A stretch of 63,190 bases of DNA, counting the filler. It is 10 parts of 10 records of this genome, joined end to end, with 100 filler letters (N's around TTAATTAATTAA, not from the genome) between each part and the next. Parts side by side here need not be neighbours in the genome. Positions count along the whole stretch, not along the records: positions 58,969 to 63,190 come from SRR7504441_12124; 9 more parts are not named here. One strand, 5' to 3'. Positions 58,969 to 63,190 of this stretch are shown here, piece by piece; position 1 is the stretch's first letter, and every line of letters starts with the position of its first letter. The position numbers were made by a program, and so were the translations under genes. Below the pieces are notes generated by a model. The model had not been told where the DNA came from. It ran no database searches and saw only the letters and a program-made list of their open reading frames with translations.

Positions 58969-61948
58969 GCGGTGCGATTTCGTCGAGAGACCCCGGCTCT
59001 CTCAGAGTGGTTGAATTCGATTCAAAGACGTCCGCCTGGCAGAATGCCAGCTCACTGTTGCCCTCAGCGGTTGCTACTGTGGTCCGATCAGCTCAGGCTG
59101 ACTCAGAGGCTGTAGGTGGGGCAATTGATGGCTTCAAAGAGCCCGAGACATTCCTTCGCTTCGAGCCCAACCCAAGCGCGCGACGGCAAGCAGAGTCCCC
59201 GGAACAGACCTTTATGGCTGCAGTGGCCCGGGTAGACTTGACGGGAGCGAGAGTGCAAGTGGAGACTCCAGATGATTTCTTCAACGCAGGCATTCCGTGT
59301 GTGACTGCAGCTGTGGACGGGCTGTGGAGGGATCAGCCGCCGGTGTATGTGCACGGGGCCATGGCGTGGGATATACCGTTAATTGGATGGAGATCAGAGT
59401 ATGGCGGCACTATATGTGGGCAGCCGGAGCGCGTCGCACAGGAAGGGGTTTACTGGCTCGCCAGGCAGCTGAAGCAAGATCCGCCGGGTCACAACCGCAG
59501 TCGCTGTAAGGCAGACCCGGCTACAAAACTGTCCAGCCAGGATCCCGACAGTCGGTTCAACGGCGTTGGTTCGATCAACTCGAGGCACTACGATATGCAA
59601 TCACAGATGTTCGAGCAGCAGATCCACATGTGGCGGATGACAGGCAACAGCACGCATGAGCAGCTGCTCAGACCTGGACTCGAGTTGCACGCCGCGTGGG
59701 CCGGCGAATCTTTTGACGCGGACGGCAACGGACTCTACCATAGCTACGTCAACACGTGGCCTACTGATGCAGTTTATTACAATGGGGGAGAGTCTGTTGA
59801 AGAGACAGCGTACATGCTCTCCACTCATCAGGCACTGAGGGACATGGCACGGCGCGCGGGAGACAACACAACTGCCGAGCGGCACGATGCAGTTGCGTCA
59901 AAGATTCGGACCAACTTCTTTGCCGATGGGGTAGGCCTATGGATCAACAAAACTGGGCACCCTGCTGCGTGGCGTGAAGAGATTGGGCACCGCAGGCTCC
60001 GGCCAGATCCTTGGTCTTACTCGATCTTTTTGCCTATCGACGCGAAGCTCCTCACGGGTCTCGAGGCTGCCCAGGCTCTCCACTTCACCGAGTGGGGTCT
60101 ACAACGCTTGCACATGAAATGTGATAACGACACACCGTGTGGCCAGCGCCATTGGACATCTAATTGGGTAACAGCTCAGTACTAAGCTCATGACTGACTG
60201 CCAAAACAGGTGCCATCTGTGTGGTCGGCCAGGGAATTCTGGCCCGGCGACAACTATGCATTAGCATTGGCATACTTTCAAACTGGGCTTCCAGACGGGG
60301 GATTTGAGCTCTTGCAGGGAAACCTCATGCATGACATGTATCGCTATATGAGCCCAGGAGCACTCGGTGACTGCCGAGGGGGCAATTTGTTGTAACTGTG
60401 CCTACCCCAGGCTCGCACAATGGCGGACTCGATTTCAATGACATTGTCAATCCGGCGGCACGTGCATTCGTCGAGGGCCTCTTCGGCATAAGACCTGGTA
60501 TCCCGACGCCTATCATCCGTGACCATGGTGTGCTCCAGATTTACCTAATGGCATCCTTGAAATCGCACCACAGCTGTCCCCCGAGTGGGACAATGCTTCG
60601 TTGACAACTGGCTATCTCAAAATCGCTACCAGTGGGTTCAAACAGGCCTCTGGATCTGGCACTGTGTCGATTTCTGTTGAGCTTAGGAAAGGGATGGTTG
60701 GTGTCGCCAGGGTGCTGAAGGTAGTGCTGCCTCTGCGGGCCGAGCAACTGACAAATGTGACGGTCAATGGCGCAAAGTGCACTTCCTTCAGTGTGACTGC
60801 CGGGTTTGGGCAATCTGTTGTAACTGTGCTTACCCCAGCACCACAGATATACAACTCAAGCACAACAGTCACAGTAGGCTACGATAACGCGCTAGGATAT
60901 GCGCGTGCTGTGAGTCTCGCGGGAATCAGTGGGGGGCTTGTCAAGCTCAACGTTGGGCCAGGGCGCACAGTTGAGCGGATTGCAGACCCACAGGGCGCAC
61001 TTGCGTCATATAGCATCGCAGATGGGGTCGTGACCGGCGTCCTGTCAAATGCCAGTGGACACAGTCTGGTGAGCGTTACGGTAAGACTCAGCAAGGCGGT
61101 GACACAGCAACGCCTGTTCAAACTAAATGTCACGCACACAGCAAGCGGGGCAGCAGCCAGCAAAGAGGTGACAGCTGCGGAAGTGAGTTCTTCTGCTTTC
61201 ACACCAGTCAATATTTCTTCACTTCTGAACGGCAATCTTTCCAACATTTTCCACCCCGCTGGCGGCTATCTAGAGCCTCGTCCGCAGACCTGTGCAAGCA
61301 GAATCGCGACCGACGGATACTCCCCATGGTCGTTTGTGAACGCAGGCGCTGGACAAGGTAATGCCGCTTCTTGTTTGCTGGGGTTGTGAATGTTGAATTG
61401 TAGGGGATATGCCACCATTTCCAGACTTCAAGAATGTCTCTGCCGATGGCGTGGTACGGACCCCGACAGGAGCTTTATTCAGGTTGGAGCACACTTCAGA
61501 AACCAATGTCGGGTTTGTGTCACAATGGGCTAACTACCCCACTACACTCACTTTACCACTGTCGAGTCTGGCTGTGGGCGGAGATGTGGTGTGGCTGCTC
61601 ATTTCAGGCTCGACGAACAACATGCAGACGAGGCTTGCGAATGCAGTGATCCGGTTTGCCTATACAGATGGCTCTGCAGAAGAACTCGAGCTCATCCCGC
61701 CAATCAACTATTGGTCACTTACGCCAATAGCAGGCATAGACTACGATTATGTGCGTGACGGGTTCTGCTTGCCCGCCAAGCCGCCACCAGCTGTCCAGCT
61801 TGGAGGTCACAACAGAGCGATGGTGTACTCGTGGCGAGCAAGATCTGCATTAGCATCAGTAACTCTGGAGGCGCTGTCTCTTGAAGTGGTTCTTGGGCTC
61901 CTTGCGGTTTCGGTTAGTCGGCCGGCAACCAATCTTAGTAATACTTGA
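58969..61948 (+). CDS. DUF4450-like six-hairpin glycosidase-type protein; 4 introns; 5' truncated
   Basis: GWRSEYGG, YDMQ, FDADGNGLY, TSNW|VPSVWS, ALAYFQTG, VEGLFGIRP, YLEPRP, SQWANYP, GSTNNMQ recall Bacteroidota-type DUF4450 proteins. Confidence 0.7.
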
Positions 61949-62087
61949 ATCTGTAGTGGTTAATCGACCATACGGGGTGATTGTAATTGATGCGTACATG
62001 GCGCAAGTACCCTAGACCGCTTTTATTTTTCTTACTCTTGCGCTCTTGGGTCTATCGTACAGTAATCAACCAGTTACCTTAGTTCTA

Positions 62088-63190
62088 TCAAATCTTGGGA
62101 TCTCCAAACAGGTAGCCATCCGGGCTAAGCTCTTCAGCCGATTGGTTCTGGGGAGGTGCTAGCCGCCTAAAGTAATCGAACCGGCGAAAAGAGCTAGCCA
62201 GACCACACTTTGTGAGCAAGGCATGGGCACAGTGGTTGTCGACGTGGGCGTGACACAGAATCTGGCACGCCATAAAGACATTCTTGCAATGTTGCACTGC
62301 ATGGTTGAGCAGCGCTGTGCCGACACCGCGGCGGCGCATGCCCCCAGTAACAAACACGTTGACAATCTCGCAGACAGCTCCTTCTTCATTGTCTGGCTGT
62401 TTTGAGCAGCAATTAGGCCGGACCTCGCCGCAATGATGCTGAAGCCTTGACCAGGCGTGCGCTGGCACCCGCTTCCACGCGACGTAGCCGATCACCCGCT
62501 GGCTGTCATCTATTGCCACAGCGACAAACAGCCTGGCCGGCTGCGGGGTGCCATCCCGGTCGAGTGCCACCTCCATGACCGGCCTCCCTTCACTCACCAA
62601 CTCCCGCTCCAGCTCTATCCATGCACCGCAGTGCTCTACACCCAGGCTCTGCACCGTCACTCTCGCACGGGCCGGGCGGCTCTCCTGGGGCCGCCTGCTC
62701 AGGATGGTCCGGGCTGCCTCCAGCCCCCTGGCCTGCAGGAGCGCCTGGACAGCCGCTGCCCGCGACGTCCGGTCGGCCAGCAGCGCTTCCAGTGGGCTCT
62801 GGGTCTCGTCCAGCTCACGCAGCCGCCAGGTTTGCCGCCGGAGCGCAGCCGCGACCGCCCGATGGTTACGGCAGTGGTAGATGTGGTTCTGCCAGCGCTT
62901 CCAGGCCTTGCCCACCTCGGTCTCCTGATACCACCAGTCGCCGCACCGGCAGTAGAGTTCTGACACGCTCTCCTCTCCCTCGAGTGCGAGCACAGACCAG
63001 CTCTGGAGGCTGCCGCACCGCTCCGTCGGCGCCAGCCGCTGGCCGCCCGGGTAGAGGACCAGCCGCTGGCCCTTGGCTGCCCAAAGGTGGCGTGCGAGCT
63101 GGGCTACGGTGAGATCGTTTGGTACTGACCGGACGTCGACCAGCTTGTGCCCGGAGAGATCATAAGGCACAAAGTCCGGGGTGAGCACAA
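62088..63190 (-). CDS. GNAT (RimI-like) acetyltransferase with N-terminal extension; 5' end beyond the window
   Basis: VIGYVAW, EIVNVFV..MRRRGVGTALL (acetyl-CoA motif A), HVDNHCAHALL. Confidence 0.75.
   Translation of the reverse strand, partial: VLTPDFVPYDLSGHKLVDVRSVPNDLTVAQLARHLWAAKGQRLVLYPGGQRLAPTERCGSLQSWSVLALEGEESVSELYCRCGDWWYQETEVGKAWKRWQNHIYHCRNHRAVAAALRRQTWRLRELDETQSPLEALLADRTSRAAAVQALLQARGLEAARTILSRRPQESRPARARVTVQSLGVEHCGAWIELERELVSEGRPVMEVALDRDGTPQPARLFVAVAIDDSQRVIGYVAWKRVPAHAWSRLQHHCGEVRPNCCSKQPDNEEGAVCEIVNVFVTGGMRRRGVGTALLNHAVQHCKNVFMACQILCHAHVDNHCAHALLTKCGLASSFRRFDYFRRLAPPQNQSAEELSPDGYLFGDPKI

Overview
This is not one contiguous locus. It is ten unrelated contigs joined by nine identical 100-nt artificial spacers (N44-TTAATTAATTAA-N44), so adjacency across a spacer carries no information. 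The DNA comes from a gene-dense, GC-rich unicellular eukaryote using the standard code; the lineage cannot be assigned from sequence alone. Genes carry many tiny spliceosomal introns (mostly ~37-55 nt, GT-AG and some GC-AG), and many are arranged head-to-head with only 45-110 bp between start codons. About 30 genes or gene fragments are recognisable. They include a TauE/SafE transporter, a >3970-aa secreted mosaic protein, membralin-like, MLO-EF-hand, MAPEG, FSH1 hydrolase, a GH87-like beta-helix protein, WDR46/Utp7, adrenodoxin, an OGT-like protein, an amino-acid transporter, JmjC, a papain-like protease, a prolyl-hydroxylase/F-box/actin-like fusion, Cdc14, CAP, a thraustochytrid-type PUFA synthase KS-MAT fragment, DD3-3-like, DUF4450-like and a GNAT. 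The most notable observations are: (1) a 'Russian-doll' nested-domain architecture in the giant protein; (2) neighbouring introns that resemble each other, together with pervasive short templated duplications; (3) the hydroxylase-F-box-actin fusion; (4) a PUFA-synthase KS that appears internal to a larger polypeptide. All family calls are by motif recognition; no searches were run.
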